Below, in pieces: positions 9,304 through 19,154 of a stretch of DNA of 64,000 nt. The stretch's first letter is position 1. Every line of letters starts with the position of its first letter. A program made the position numbers and the translations under genes. Source of the DNA: an uncultured Planctomycetaceae bacterium (GTDB lineage: Bacteria; Planctomycetota; Planctomycetia; Isosphaerales; Isosphaeraceae); contig CAWIAD010000002.1 of the NCBI GenBank assembly GCA_963833985.1, positions 3,904,001 through 3,968,000 of the forward strand. Direction: 5' to 3'. Under the pieces are notes generated by a model. It was not told where the DNA came from, did not search any database, and was given only the letters and a program-made list of their open reading frames with translations.

Positions 9304-11445
9304 CTACTGCCCTGGTCTGGAACTCGTCTCGCCGACAGCGGGGAGGTCGTCGAACGGCTTCTCCGCCGGCGTGACGATGCTGTTGTCGTGCGCCAGAACG
9401 CCCAGGCCTCCCACGAAGAAGCTGTCGCCATCGATGACTTGCAGGTTGTACACGGGCTGGACAACGTCGGGCTCCACGGAGCTCACCGCGGCGACGCCGC
9501 CGAGGGTACGCAGGCGGTCGCCCGGCTTGAGCTCCCGGGTCATGGCCCATCCGTGGCCGGCCTTCCAGAAGCGGTGAATCGCGGTGGCGACGATGGTCTC
9601 CTTGCCCAGGACGATCCGGAACGTCGCGTTCGGCGGGTTGTGATAGGCAACCGCGACGGGCTCGTACTTGAGTGCTCCCGTGGCGGTGTTCTGGGTCAAC
9701 ACCACGTCGCCCTCGCGAACGTCCTCGATGGGCCGCACCCCATCCAGCGTGCGTACCGGCGTTCCGGCCGCGAAGCAGGAGTGGCCGACCCGGAAAACGG
9801 GGATGAGCTGGGAGGTGGTCGTCTCGGACACGATGGACGGCCCGGCCTGGGGCTGGTACGCGACCGGCACCTGCTCGACGATGGTCGGCGGCGGACTCTG
9901 GGGCGACATCGATGCTTGAACGGCGTATCCTTTGAGGTCGATGGCCCACCTGGCCCACGCCTCCTGATTGGCTCCCAGGTCCTGCCCGCTGAACTCCTTG
10001 AGGATGTCCCGCGCGCGATCGTTGGTCATGCCGGCCTGCGCATTGGCTGCCTCGATGCCCTGCACGTCGCGATACAGTTCCTGCTGCGCGACGATCGCCG
10101 AGTTCTGTGCATCGGCGATCATCTGACCGATGGGGATGGTGACGGCATCCTGCACCTGGGTGGCGATGGCCCCGGCCGACCAGCGTCCTGGCGGCGGAGT
10201 GGGAATGGCCTGGTTGGCGTTGTTTGCCATCTTCCGGCCAAGTGCCTTGCTCTCCGAGGCAGAGAGTCCCAGGTGCCCGAGCACGCCCGCCGCCTGCGCC
10301 GGATCAGCCCGCTGGTAGGACACGGGACCGATCGTGATATTCGTGTACGAGGAGAAGACGTGGCTGGCGACCAGCATCCCGCTGGCATCCGTGCTGATCT
10401 GGAACCCGGGCGGCAAGGACGGCGGGGCCATGGGCGTGTACAGCCGCTTGACGTTGGCTTCCCGCCCCTCGACCAGTAGCTCGCCCTGTGCGCCGGGGCC
10501 GGTCACCGGCTTGACCTTGTACTTGATCGGATCGCGCATGAACCCCACCAGCAGCTCGGCAAAGTCACGCGGATCGCGCTGGCGCAGCAGGAAGGCGGAT
10601 GACTGACGAGTCTCGGTCCAGGGGCTGTAGATGGCCAGGAAGGCAAGCGCCCGCGACGAGCCCGAGGCGTTGATCTGGCCGAGGATCTGCACCGCGGCCC
10701 GCTGCCGCGCGGCGTCCCCGCGCACGAAGATCATCCAGACCATCGGCACGGCACGCGGGTCGTTGATCTGCTCGAGCCAGCGCTCGGCTGTGGCGCGGCG
10801 GATTCGCTCCCGGGAAAAGAGGGCGTCGGCCAGATGCTCGAGCCGCGGTTTCCAGAGCCGGTTGGCGTGATGCTGAGCCTCGAACTCGGCGTGCTCGGCC
10901 GCGGCCTGCTCGGGCTTCACCCAGGCGCTGCCCTGCTTCTTGAAGCCCAATCGCCTCCAGGCCGCCTCGCGCCTCGGGTCCAGCACGACCACCCGGCGCA
11001 GGTGGATCACAGCCTGCTCCTTGAGTCCGTGCTCATCGCACCAGAGGGCGAGCCGCCAGCAATCGTCGGGCTTGTCGGCCGTGCGTGCCCGGCGCTCGAG
11101 ATACTCCTTGAGGATCGCCTGCCGGGCCGGATCATCCTGGGCCTGGCGGCTGACGGCGTCTGGCCGCAGCCACTTGCCGTGGTAGAGAACCAGTCCCAGC
11201 AGCCCCCGCGCCATTGTATTGGCCGGGTCGCTGAGCGTGGCCAGGGTGAGATGCTTGAACCGTTCGGCCCAGAGCCCATGCGCCTCGCACCAGAGCGCGA
11301 GCTTCACCTGGGCGCTGGCGTCATGTCCCGCCCTCGCCGCGGCCTCCTTGTAGGCTGCCGGACTGGGCTGTGCGCCATGACCCTCGTCGCCCTGTGGTTC
11401 ATCGGCGGACAGCAAGGCACACGCAAGAAGCAAGGCGGAAACCAT
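9304..11445 (-). CDS. Secreted helical-repeat protein with C-terminal HINT domain (paralog A)
   Basis: Signal peptide MVSALLLACALLSA; two LALWC..HGL repeats; HINT CFAAGT...ATAIHRFW...VYNLQV...AHDNS at ~9384-9777. Collinear with 7175-9226. Confidence 0.87.
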   Translation of the reverse strand: MVSALLLACALLSADEPQGDEGHGAQPSPAAYKEAAARAGHDASAQVKLALWCEAHGLWAERFKHLTLATLSDPANTMARGLLGLVLYHGKWLRPDAVSRQAQDDPARQAILKEYLERRARTADKPDDCWRLALWCDEHGLKEQAVIHLRRVVVLDPRREAAWRRLGFKKQGSAWVKPEQAAAEHAEFEAQHHANRLWKPRLEHLADALFSRERIRRATAERWLEQINDPRAVPMVWMIFVRGDAARQRAAVQILGQINASGSSRALAFLAIYSPWTETRQSSAFLLRQRDPRDFAELLVGFMRDPIKYKVKPVTGPGAQGELLVEGREANVKRLYTPMAPPSLPPGFQISTDASGMLVASHVFSSYTNITIGPVSYQRADPAQAAGVLGHLGLSASESKALGRKMANNANQAIPTPPPGRWSAGAIATQVQDAVTIPIGQMIADAQNSAIVAQQELYRDVQGIEAANAQAGMTNDRARDILKEFSGQDLGANQEAWARWAIDLKGYAVQASMSPQSPPPTIVEQVPVAYQPQAGPSIVSETTTSQLIPVFRVGHSCFAAGTPVRTLDGVRPIEDVREGDVVLTQNTATGALKYEPVAVAYHNPPNATFRIVLGKETIVATAIHRFWKAGHGWAMTRELKPGDRLRTLGGVAAVSSVEPDVVQPVYNLQVIDGDSFFVGGLGVLAHDNSIVTPAEKPFDDLPAVGETSSRPGQ

Positions 11446-11961
11446 GACCGTGCCTCCAGGAGTCCTGACCAGGGCCGTGATGCCTCAACTCGCGGGCAGG
11501 TGTTGTGCCGGTCCGTTCCATGATGCGGCTGGATGGCACGCCCTCACCTTTGAGACTCTGCACTCGCTTCATTCTACGCACGAGCGCCTGTCCCGGCGGA
11601 ACAGGAAATCGCAATTTTCCGGTATGCCGGGCCGTGCACGGTCCACGGCCCTTGCACGGCGCACCGTCCTTGGGGAATCGACCGCTTTCCTTGTCCACAC
11701 AACGGCCGAGCATGGCAACCTCGGTGCCACCACCCTGAATCACGGCGGTCTTGAGATGCAATTCCTTCTGTTCCGCGAGGAGTCTCAGCGGAGAATAAGT
11801 GGAAGGATGAGATGCGAACTCAGGACGAGCCGGCGCGGTCGCGATACAGAACGACAGCCGGGCAGGCGGGCCTCACTGATGGCAAGGACGCCTGGGATGC
11901 GATAGGATCCAGGTGTGTCGAGGCGAGTTGGGCGGGCCGATCGACCGGGAGATGTCACGCC

Positions 11962-13176
11962 ATGAAATACGCCAGGCCGGTGCTCCTGCTCGTGGCGGCT
12001 TGGGTCGCATCCGACACTGCCGTAAGGGCAGAGGAGGCTCGCATGTCCAGTCTCGTCGAGGGCAACAGCCAGTTCGCGATTGACCTGTACGGCAGGTTAC
12101 GGAACGAGCCGGGGAACCTGTTCTTCTCTCCGGAAAGCATCTCCACCGCCCTCGCCATGACCTACGCCGGGGCGCGCGGGGAAACGGCCGGTCAGATGGC
12201 CAGCGTGCTGCACTTCCCCGCACCTCAGGACAATTTGCCAGTCGCGTTCGCGGAGTTGTTGCGAGCGCTCCAGCCAGAGGCGGAGCACGCCGGGTATCGG
12301 CTCGACCTGGCCAACCGGCTCTGGGGGCAGCAAGGGTACCACTTCCTGCCCGAATTCCTGGCGGTCACCCGCGACGACTTCCATGCCGAGTTGGCCGAGG
12401 TCGATTTCATCGCCCACACCGAGGACGCGCGCCAGGCCATGAACGCGTGGGTCGAGAAGCAGACCGAAAACAAGATCCAGGACCTGGTCACGCGCGGAGC
12501 GCTCACGCCGCAGAGCCGGCTGGTGCTCACCAATGCCATCTACTTCAAGGGCGCATGGACGAAGCCGTTCATGAAGGCGGCGACCCGCGACGAGCCGTTT
12601 CACCTTGCCGGCGGCAAGACCGTGAGCGCTCCGCTCATGCACAGGACCGACGAATACGCCTATGCGGCAATGGACGGCCTGAAAGTGCTGGGAATGCCCT
12701 ACGGCGACAGGAACGTCTCGATGATCGTGCTGCTGCCGGACGAGATGGACGGGTTGCCGGCCCTGGAGCAGAAGCTCAGCTATCCGAACCTGGTACGCTG
12801 GATGGGCCGGCTGCAACACAACAGGGTTCAGGTGTATCTGCCCCGGTTCAAGCAGACGTCGCAGTTCTCGCTCTCGGCGGAGCTGGCGGCCATGGGCATG
12901 CCCCTGGCGTTCGACGAGAAGCGAGCGGACTTCACGGGCATGAGCACCCAGGACCCGCTCTTCATCTCCGCCGTCCTGCACAAGGCGTTCGTGGACGTGA
13001 ACGAGGAGGGGACCGAAGCGGCCGCGGCGACCGCCGTGGTGATGAGTGCGCGGGCCGCGCTGGTCCGCTCCGAACCTGCGCTCTTCCGGGCCGACCACCC
13101 GTTCCTCTTCCTGATCGTGGACAACCGGACGAAGAGCATTCTGTTTCTGGGCCGGATGGTCAATCCGCAGGACTGA
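11962..13176 (+). CDS. Secreted serpin
   Basis: Signal peptide; NLFFSPESISTAL, NAIYFKGAW, hinge EEGTEAAAAT, FRADHPFLFLI. Confidence 0.95.
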   Translation: MKYARPVLLLVAAWVASDTAVRAEEARMSSLVEGNSQFAIDLYGRLRNEPGNLFFSPESISTALAMTYAGARGETAGQMASVLHFPAPQDNLPVAFAELLRALQPEAEHAGYRLDLANRLWGQQGYHFLPEFLAVTRDDFHAELAEVDFIAHTEDARQAMNAWVEKQTENKIQDLVTRGALTPQSRLVLTNAIYFKGAWTKPFMKAATRDEPFHLAGGKTVSAPLMHRTDEYAYAAMDGLKVLGMPYGDRNVSMIVLLPDEMDGLPALEQKLSYPNLVRWMGRLQHNRVQVYLPRFKQTSQFSLSAELAAMGMPLAFDEKRADFTGMSTQDPLFISAVLHKAFVDVNEEGTEAAAATAVVMSARAALVRSEPALFRADHPFLFLIVDNRTKSILFLGRMVNPQD

Positions 13177-13260
13177 AGCTGAGGAGAAGGCGGCCGATGT
13201 CATGGGCGAGCGGCACCGTCCGCCCTCGCCCGCGGGTCGCGGACAGGACTCGAGCCAGCG

Positions 13261-14034
13261 ATGGATCAACCCGAGGGCATCCCCCCGATCGTACTGAAAA
13301 CGGCCCAGCGCCTGATCATCATCCTGGGCGTCTGGATGATTCTGGCGACTTCATTCCTGTTCGTGATCGCCATGCTTTCCGGCAAGCCGGTGTTCCGCGC
13401 GGTCATCTGCATGGGAAGCTGCCTGGTCCTGTTCTGGAACATCCTGGGCGGAACGGTGATGTACCTGAGCCGCGACCGGGTCCGGCGGTTCGTGCTTGAC
13501 CTGCCCGGCCGTTGGTCCGTCAAGTTCGTCGTATTCTGCGTCCTCCTGGCTCTGGCCGAGGAAGCAATCACCACGAGGCTGACCAACATGGCACCTTTTT
13601 TCGGCGTGCCCATGGGTACGGCCTATGTCACGGCTTCCGCGAATTACCTGGACGTCGTCTGCTTTCACAGCGTGATCGTCTTCGTACCCTGGTTCATCGG
13701 CTGGGCGTGGATGCTCTCGCGCTGGGATTTTCATCCCACGTTCGTGTTCCTGCTCTTCGGGCTCACGGGGACCTTCGCCGAGACAGGATTCCTGCCCGGC
13801 AAGATCGGCGAGATTGGCATGTGGGTCTTTGTCTACGGGCTCATGATCTACCTGCCCGCCTACTCCCTGCCGGGCCGCTCACGTGCTCGACCCCCGCGCT
13901 GGTGGCACTATCCTCTGGCGGTCTTCCTGCCGTTTGCCTTCATGGTCCTGCTCTTGCCGTTCGGACTGATCAAACCTTACCTGCATCCCGATCCGCGGGA
14001 GATTCACTTCCCCCCCATTCTCCCCGATCCGTGA
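13261..14034 (+). CDS. Integral membrane protein of unknown function
   Basis: 257 aa with about seven hydrophobic segments; lies between the serpin and the GH-like gene. Confidence 0.75.
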   Translation: MDQPEGIPPIVLKTAQRLIIILGVWMILATSFLFVIAMLSGKPVFRAVICMGSCLVLFWNILGGTVMYLSRDRVRRFVLDLPGRWSVKFVVFCVLLALAEEAITTRLTNMAPFFGVPMGTAYVTASANYLDVVCFHSVIVFVPWFIGWAWMLSRWDFHPTFVFLLFGLTGTFAETGFLPGKIGEIGMWVFVYGLMIYLPAYSLPGRSRARPPRWWHYPLAVFLPFAFMVLLLPFGLIKPYLHPDPREIHFPPILPDP

Positions 14035-14043
14035 ACGATTCCC

Positions 14044-15588
14044 ATGACGACCCACGCCGAACGGGAAGAGCCGCCAGCGCCACGATCGCGATCCGGGTGC
14101 CGACGTCTGCTGATCTTCGGCGGCTGGGGTTGCGGGGGGACAGCGGCACTGCTGGCGCTGGGCGTCTGGGCCCTGTTCGGGCTTCTCGACCGTGTGCCAG
14201 CGAGCTATCCGCCGTCCGCACGCGTCATCGAGCCACCCGCCGCCGGCGAGTATGCCCGGTTCGGTCTGGATGGCTTCGAGTCGCCCTACCTGGGTCACAC
14301 AGGGAGCTGGGACGGCAAGGGCGGCGGGCTGTTCGGTGCTTCGAAGGTGCCCGACCTGGATTGGGAAGCGAGCATGGGCCTGCGCTGGACGTTCATGCCA
14401 GTGAACTGGAGCGCGCTGGAGCCGGATGACCCGGTCGAGCTGCGCGAGGCGGACCCGCTGCCGCCTGCCTGGGCCGAACTGGACGGGTTCTTCGTCGCGG
14501 CTCAGGAACGGGGACTCAATGTCCTGGTACAGGTCGTCATCGGCGGCAACGCGGGAGGACCGCCGCGCTGGGCGGGCCGGCGCGAGCCCGGGAAGTCGGC
14601 CCCGCGCGACATGGAGGCGGCCGCGGCGTTTGCTGGCAAGCTGGCGGCGCGGTACAGGCCGGGCGGCACGCTGGCGAGCCGCCAGGGCTGGGGCGAGCGT
14701 CATGGCGTCCGGGCCTGGGAGCTGGACAACGAGCCGAATGCCTACTTCACGCACTGGGGAGGCCAGGCGGGCGATTACGCCGAGTTTGCGACCCTGAGCG
14801 CCCGGCGGATCCGGCAGGAAGATCCGCGCGCCATGATCGTCCTGCCAGCGACCACGGGTGGGGGCGATGCGCAGGACTGGGTCCGGGCCGCGCTCGACGG
14901 TCCGGGCCTGGACGGGTCTCCGGAATACCGTCGCCAGGGCGTTCCCCATTCCATCGCACCGGTCGCTGATGCCGTCAGCTTCCACAATTACGAGGGAGCC
15001 GACTCCGTATTCGCGGGCGTTCCCCGCACCATCGAGCGGGTCTGTGACGAGATCCGCGAGAGCTTCGAGATGATGGAGTCTCGCGATCCGGCATTCTCCT
15101 TTCCACCGAAGCGAGAGTTCTGGCACACCGAGGGCAACTTCGACTTCATCGGTGCGCTCTCCGCCGAGCGCCGGGCCGGCTGGCGCATCCAGTTCTTCAC
15201 AAGGGCGTTCGCCGCGGGCGTCCGCAAGGTCTGTGTGATGGACGCATCGCGCCGCGATCATGCGGCCATCCAGGCCTATGTGGCGGCCCTGCCAGACCCT
15301 TTCCCGATGCTTCCCGCGGACACCGAGGTGACCGCGGTGCGGGGTCAGGTGCGCGCGTTCCGGCACCGCGAGCAGAAGGCGAGCGATGCGCGCTGTGTCT
15401 GGGTACTCTGGGCCGTGGCGGGTACGGGCGATGCGCAGGTCCGCTTGCCGGCATCAAGTCCGCAGGTTGCAGTGGTCCAGGTCGACGGTTCCCGCAGCGA
15501 ACTTCCGGCCGACGGTCAGCGCGTGACCATCGACCTGAAGGGCGATACGAAGATGGCTCCTCCGGTCCTGGTCATCGACCAGCCGTAG
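14044..15588 (+). CDS. Membrane-anchored clan GH-A-like glycoside hydrolase
   Basis: N-terminal TM segment; WELDNEPN (acid/base-like), SFHNY, FWHTEG (nucleophile-like). Confidence 0.65.
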   Translation: MTTHAEREEPPAPRSRSGCRRLLIFGGWGCGGTAALLALGVWALFGLLDRVPASYPPSARVIEPPAAGEYARFGLDGFESPYLGHTGSWDGKGGGLFGASKVPDLDWEASMGLRWTFMPVNWSALEPDDPVELREADPLPPAWAELDGFFVAAQERGLNVLVQVVIGGNAGGPPRWAGRREPGKSAPRDMEAAAAFAGKLAARYRPGGTLASRQGWGERHGVRAWELDNEPNAYFTHWGGQAGDYAEFATLSARRIRQEDPRAMIVLPATTGGGDAQDWVRAALDGPGLDGSPEYRRQGVPHSIAPVADAVSFHNYEGADSVFAGVPRTIERVCDEIRESFEMMESRDPAFSFPPKREFWHTEGNFDFIGALSAERRAGWRIQFFTRAFAAGVRKVCVMDASRRDHAAIQAYVAALPDPFPMLPADTEVTAVRGQVRAFRHREQKASDARCVWVLWAVAGTGDAQVRLPASSPQVAVVQVDGSRSELPADGQRVTIDLKGDTKMAPPVLVIDQP

Positions 15589-15722
15589 AACACGGAGGCT
15601 CGTCGGAACGGCCCGGTCCGGCTCCGCGCCAGCTTGCTCTTACTCCGCTGGCCCGGCTGTGTGATATCCTGGTACAGCACCACTCCGGCACTCCTGATTG
15701 TCTTCCTGACGGAGCGAATCGC

Positions 15723-16716
15723 ATGCCCCAGGAACCACGACTCGACCTCTGGGCCCTGGCGGACCTGAGCACGCCGTGGTGTCTTTTCGTGGTGGCAACG
15801 CTGCGGATCGCCGAGCACATCTCGGCGGGCACTACCGCGATCGACAAGCTGGCCGCGGCCTCGGGATGCCACGCGGATTCGATGCATCGGGTGCTGCGCC
15901 ACCTCGTGGGCAAGGGCCTGTTCGAGGAGCCGGAAGCAGGCCGGTTCGCGCTCGACGAGCCAGCGCGCGGCCTGCTCGACCCCGCGCTGCATCTGGTGCT
16001 CGATCTCGACGGGATAGGCGGCCGGATGGCCCACGCCTGGAGCAGCCTGCTCACCGCGGTGCGTACCGGCGCTCCGGCGTATCACACGGTTTTCGGGCGG
16101 ACATTCTGGGAGGACCTCGATTCTCACCCCCAGGTTGCCGCAAGCTTTGACGCCCTCATGGGCCCGGCCGGGCATGGCGTGCCGGACCCGGAAGTACTGA
16201 TACACGGCGACTGGAACGGCGTGCAAACCGTGGTCGATGTCGGCGGGGGGACCGGGACACTGCTGGCGGAGATCCTCCGCGCGCCCCGCGGTGCGAGGCA
16301 TCCTGGTGGACCGCGCCGCGACCGTGGCCCGCGTCGGCGCGACCTTCCAGTCGGCCGGAGTGGCCGATCGTGCCACCACCGTGGCACAAAGCTTCTTCGA
16401 CCCCTTGCCGCTGGGCGGCGATCTCTACCTTTTGAAGAACGTGCTCGGCGACTGGGCCGATGCCGAGGCGCAGGTGTTACTCAGCCGCTGTGCCGAGGCG
16501 GCACGCCCGGCCGGCCGCGTCATCGTGCTCGGCGGCGTCTCACCCGATGAGGACAGTCCGCCACCGCCCGAGCTGCTCATGCTTGTGCTTGTGGGCGGCA
16601 AGGGCCGGACGCTGGGCGAATTCCAGGCGCTGGCGCACTCTGCCGGACTCGAGGTGCACGCCACCGGCCGGCAGCCTTCGGGCCGGTTCGTCGTCGAGTG
16701 CCGTCCCGTGGTCTGA
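15723..16716 (+). CDS. SAM-dependent O-methyltransferase with dimerisation domain; frameshift ~16280
   Basis: VVDVGGGTG in the first frame; SFFDPLPLGGDLYLLKNVLGDW...GRTLGEF in the second frame. Confidence 0.85.
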
Positions 16717-16719
16717 GCC

Positions 16720-18282
16720 CTACCGGCGAGGGCCGTGAGTTGTCGCGTTCGGACCGAAGCGGATGCTCAATCCCGCGTGGCCGGCGAAGCGGTCGCCGTA
16801 GATCCCGCGCACGATGGCCCAGTCGGCCAGGATGGACATCCCTGCCGCACAAACTCCGACAAGCAGCAGCCGGCCCCAGCGCGTGGCTTGGGGCGCAACG
16901 GCTGCCGCCGGATGTTCCCGCTCGGGAGCCGGGGCCAGCGTCAGGATGATGACGGCAAGCAGGAGCGCATTGATGTGAAGGACTCCTTCGGTCACCAGCC
17001 GCTGCTGCTTGAAACCGACGAGCGCGCGCTCGAAATTTCCCACGACCATGATGGCCAGCAGCAGCAGGAAGAGGCCTTGCCCGCGGCCGAGCGGATTCTC
17101 AGGAACCACGGCAAGCGGCCTGCGCTGGTGGCGGGCCATGAGAATTGCCAGTGCGAAGGCCACGGCGATGGCAGCCAGGTCGAACCAGCCCCGGGCCCGA
17201 AGGCCGTACATGGCCTCTGGCATGGCGCCCACGCGGGTCCACTCGGCCACATTCTTGCTGAGGTTGAGATAAGGGATGACCAGGAGCACGAAGCTGGTCG
17301 CGAGCATCACATCAGTGTGGGGACTGCGCTCCGCAGGCAACTCGAGGGGCTCGAGCGGTTTGACCCTTCGCGCCAGGCCGCGCATTGCCACGGCGATGCC
17401 GATGCCGTTGAATAGCCCGGTGGTCTGCTCCAGGATACTGTGCCAGTTGGTTTCGTAACCGCTGGTCACCTCGACAAGCTTCAGCATGGAGGCGGCCGCG
17501 AAGCCGATGCCGCCGATGAAGCCGGAAACGAGCGCGGCACGAGCCACCTCAGCCAGACCCCCGCGCAGGCAATAAACCAGGGCGCCGGCGGTCATGCCCA
17601 GGCAGCCCGCCCAGTTGTCTCCTCGTGGCGGCGTCATGCGCAGGCCGACGCCAAGGACGAGCAGTCCGAAGCCGGCCCACCAGCCGATGGCCAGGTGCAG
17701 GACCAGCGACGTTGACCGGTCCACGCCCCGGCGGAGGACGACCAGCATCAGGCCCGCCACGATCGCCAGTAGCGCGGCGAGCCAGTCGGTATCGTACCAG
17801 TCGAGCGTGTATCCGCGAGCGCGCAGCCAGGGCTCGATGGCCACGCCCTGAAGCCACCAGAGCAGAAAGACGAGTCCCAGCGGGGCGAACAGCTCGGCCA
17901 CGCGCGCTCGCCCGGCAACGGCGGCAAGTGCCGTTCCTGCGCCGCCCAGGGCGGCCCACAGGAAGCCGATCACGAACAGGCAGGCGAAGCCATAGAGGAC
18001 CGACGGCGAGTGGCCCGAGTGGGTATAGGCCACGACCTGCATGTAGGAGATGCTGCCGCCGAAAGACCACCCCAGGGCGCCGAACATCGCAAAGAACGGC
18101 AGGTCGCGGAGCCAGTCGCCTCGTGCTGAGAAAAGGACGGCCGTCATCGCCGCGAGCGCGCCGGGGATCATCGCACCGTACTCGTGGCCGAAGTTGCCCC
18201 GGATCCCCCAGCCAATCGACAGCGCCAGCGCCGTGGCCGCGTCGTCTGCGAACCAGGCGCGGGGTGCACGCGTCGCGTTCAC
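16720..18282 (-). CDS. Polytopic membrane protein of unknown function
   Basis: ~520 aa with many TM segments; GWGIRGNFGHEYGAMIPG. GTG start lies just after the upstream stop. Confidence 0.7.
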   Translation of the reverse strand: MNATRAPRAWFADDAATALALSIGWGIRGNFGHEYGAMIPGALAAMTAVLFSARGDWLRDLPFFAMFGALGWSFGGSISYMQVVAYTHSGHSPSVLYGFACLFVIGFLWAALGGAGTALAAVAGRARVAELFAPLGLVFLLWWLQGVAIEPWLRARGYTLDWYDTDWLAALLAIVAGLMLVVLRRGVDRSTSLVLHLAIGWWAGFGLLVLGVGLRMTPPRGDNWAGCLGMTAGALVYCLRGGLAEVARAALVSGFIGGIGFAAASMLKLVEVTSGYETNWHSILEQTTGLFNGIGIAVAMRGLARRVKPLEPLELPAERSPHTDVMLATSFVLLVIPYLNLSKNVAEWTRVGAMPEAMYGLRARGWFDLAAIAVAFALAILMARHQRRPLAVVPENPLGRGQGLFLLLLAIMVVGNFERALVGFKQQRLVTEGVLHINALLLAVIILTLAPAPEREHPAAAVAPQATRWGRLLLVGVCAAGMSILADWAIVRGIYGDRFAGHAGLSIRFGPNATTHGPRR

Positions 18283-18283
18283 G

Positions 18284-19099
18284 TCAGCGCGTCTCCACCA
18301 GCTCGCGGACCCGCTCGAGCCCGCGGCGGACCACGACCTCGGGGTCGCACTCCCAGAGGTCGCGGTTGAAAAGCTCCAGTGAAAGCGGGCCGTGGTAGCC
18401 AATGGAGCGCAGGTTGGCGATGACCTTTGGCAAATCGGCGATGCCGTCGCCCACCATGACGCGGTCGAAATCGGTCTGGGTCAGCGGGTCGGGCACCGCG
18501 GGAACGTCGTTGATGTGGAAGTTCGCCAGGCGGTCGCCCGGAAGCTCCAGCAGGTCATCGATCGAGCCGCCCCCGCGGATCATGTGGAAGACGTCGGCCA
18601 CGACGGTGGCCTTCGCATCGCCCGTGCCGCTGGCGATCGCCCACGCGCTCTGCACGTTCTTGATACCGTCCACGAAGCCGAGGAACTCCATGGACGGGAT
18701 CACGCCGAAGAGGCGGCCCATGCCCAGCAGTTCGTTGAAACGGGCTGTCGCCCTGCTCAGGTCCACAGCTTCCTGGGGTGGGCTGGCGACGATGTAAGGG
18801 CTGCCAAGCTGGGCCGCCTGTTCCATCCGCCGGCAGCATTCGTCGCGCGCCCTTGCGTACTCATCCCCCTCGGTCGTGACCCAGCTATGCAGCGCGATCA
18901 CGCTGACCACCTTGAGTCCGGCGTCGCCGATCGCCTTCCTGAGCTCTGCCATCGTGCCGCCGTGCCTCAGGTACTCGTCGATCTCGTCGTTCCACGGCTC
19001 GATCGCCTGATACCCGGCCTTGCCGGCAACCCGGATCTTCTCCAGCAGCGGCGCCGGGCGAATCGTGCTGGTGTTGAGGCAGTAAACGAACTCGCTCAT
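18284..19099 (-). CDS. Sugar phosphate isomerase/epimerase (xylose-isomerase-like TIM barrel)
   Basis: AGYQAIEPW, MEFLG, DVFHM, FHIND, DRVMVGDG, LSLELF. Confidence 0.88.
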   Translation of the reverse strand: MSEFVYCLNTSTIRPAPLLEKIRVAGKAGYQAIEPWNDEIDEYLRHGGTMAELRKAIGDAGLKVVSVIALHSWVTTEGDEYARARDECCRRMEQAAQLGSPYIVASPPQEAVDLSRATARFNELLGMGRLFGVIPSMEFLGFVDGIKNVQSAWAIASGTGDAKATVVADVFHMIRGGGSIDDLLELPGDRLANFHINDVPAVPDPLTQTDFDRVMVGDGIADLPKVIANLRSIGYHGPLSLELFNRDLWECDPEVVVRRGLERVRELVETR

Positions 19100-19154
19100 G
19101 GGTGGATCTCCGCGAGAGGCGAGAGGGGATCGGTAGGTTCGACGGGCGATCCGG

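Noticed and set aside
9227..9958. N-terminal extension of the 927-aa ORF 7175..9958
   Set aside because: It is an alternate-frame overlap with paralog A; the RBS (AAGGAG) and signal peptide place the start at 9226.
7175..11445. Polymorphic toxin/immunity locus or true inteins
   Set aside because: Only ~24 aa follow each HINT, no immunity-like gene is present, and the terminal His-Asn is missing.
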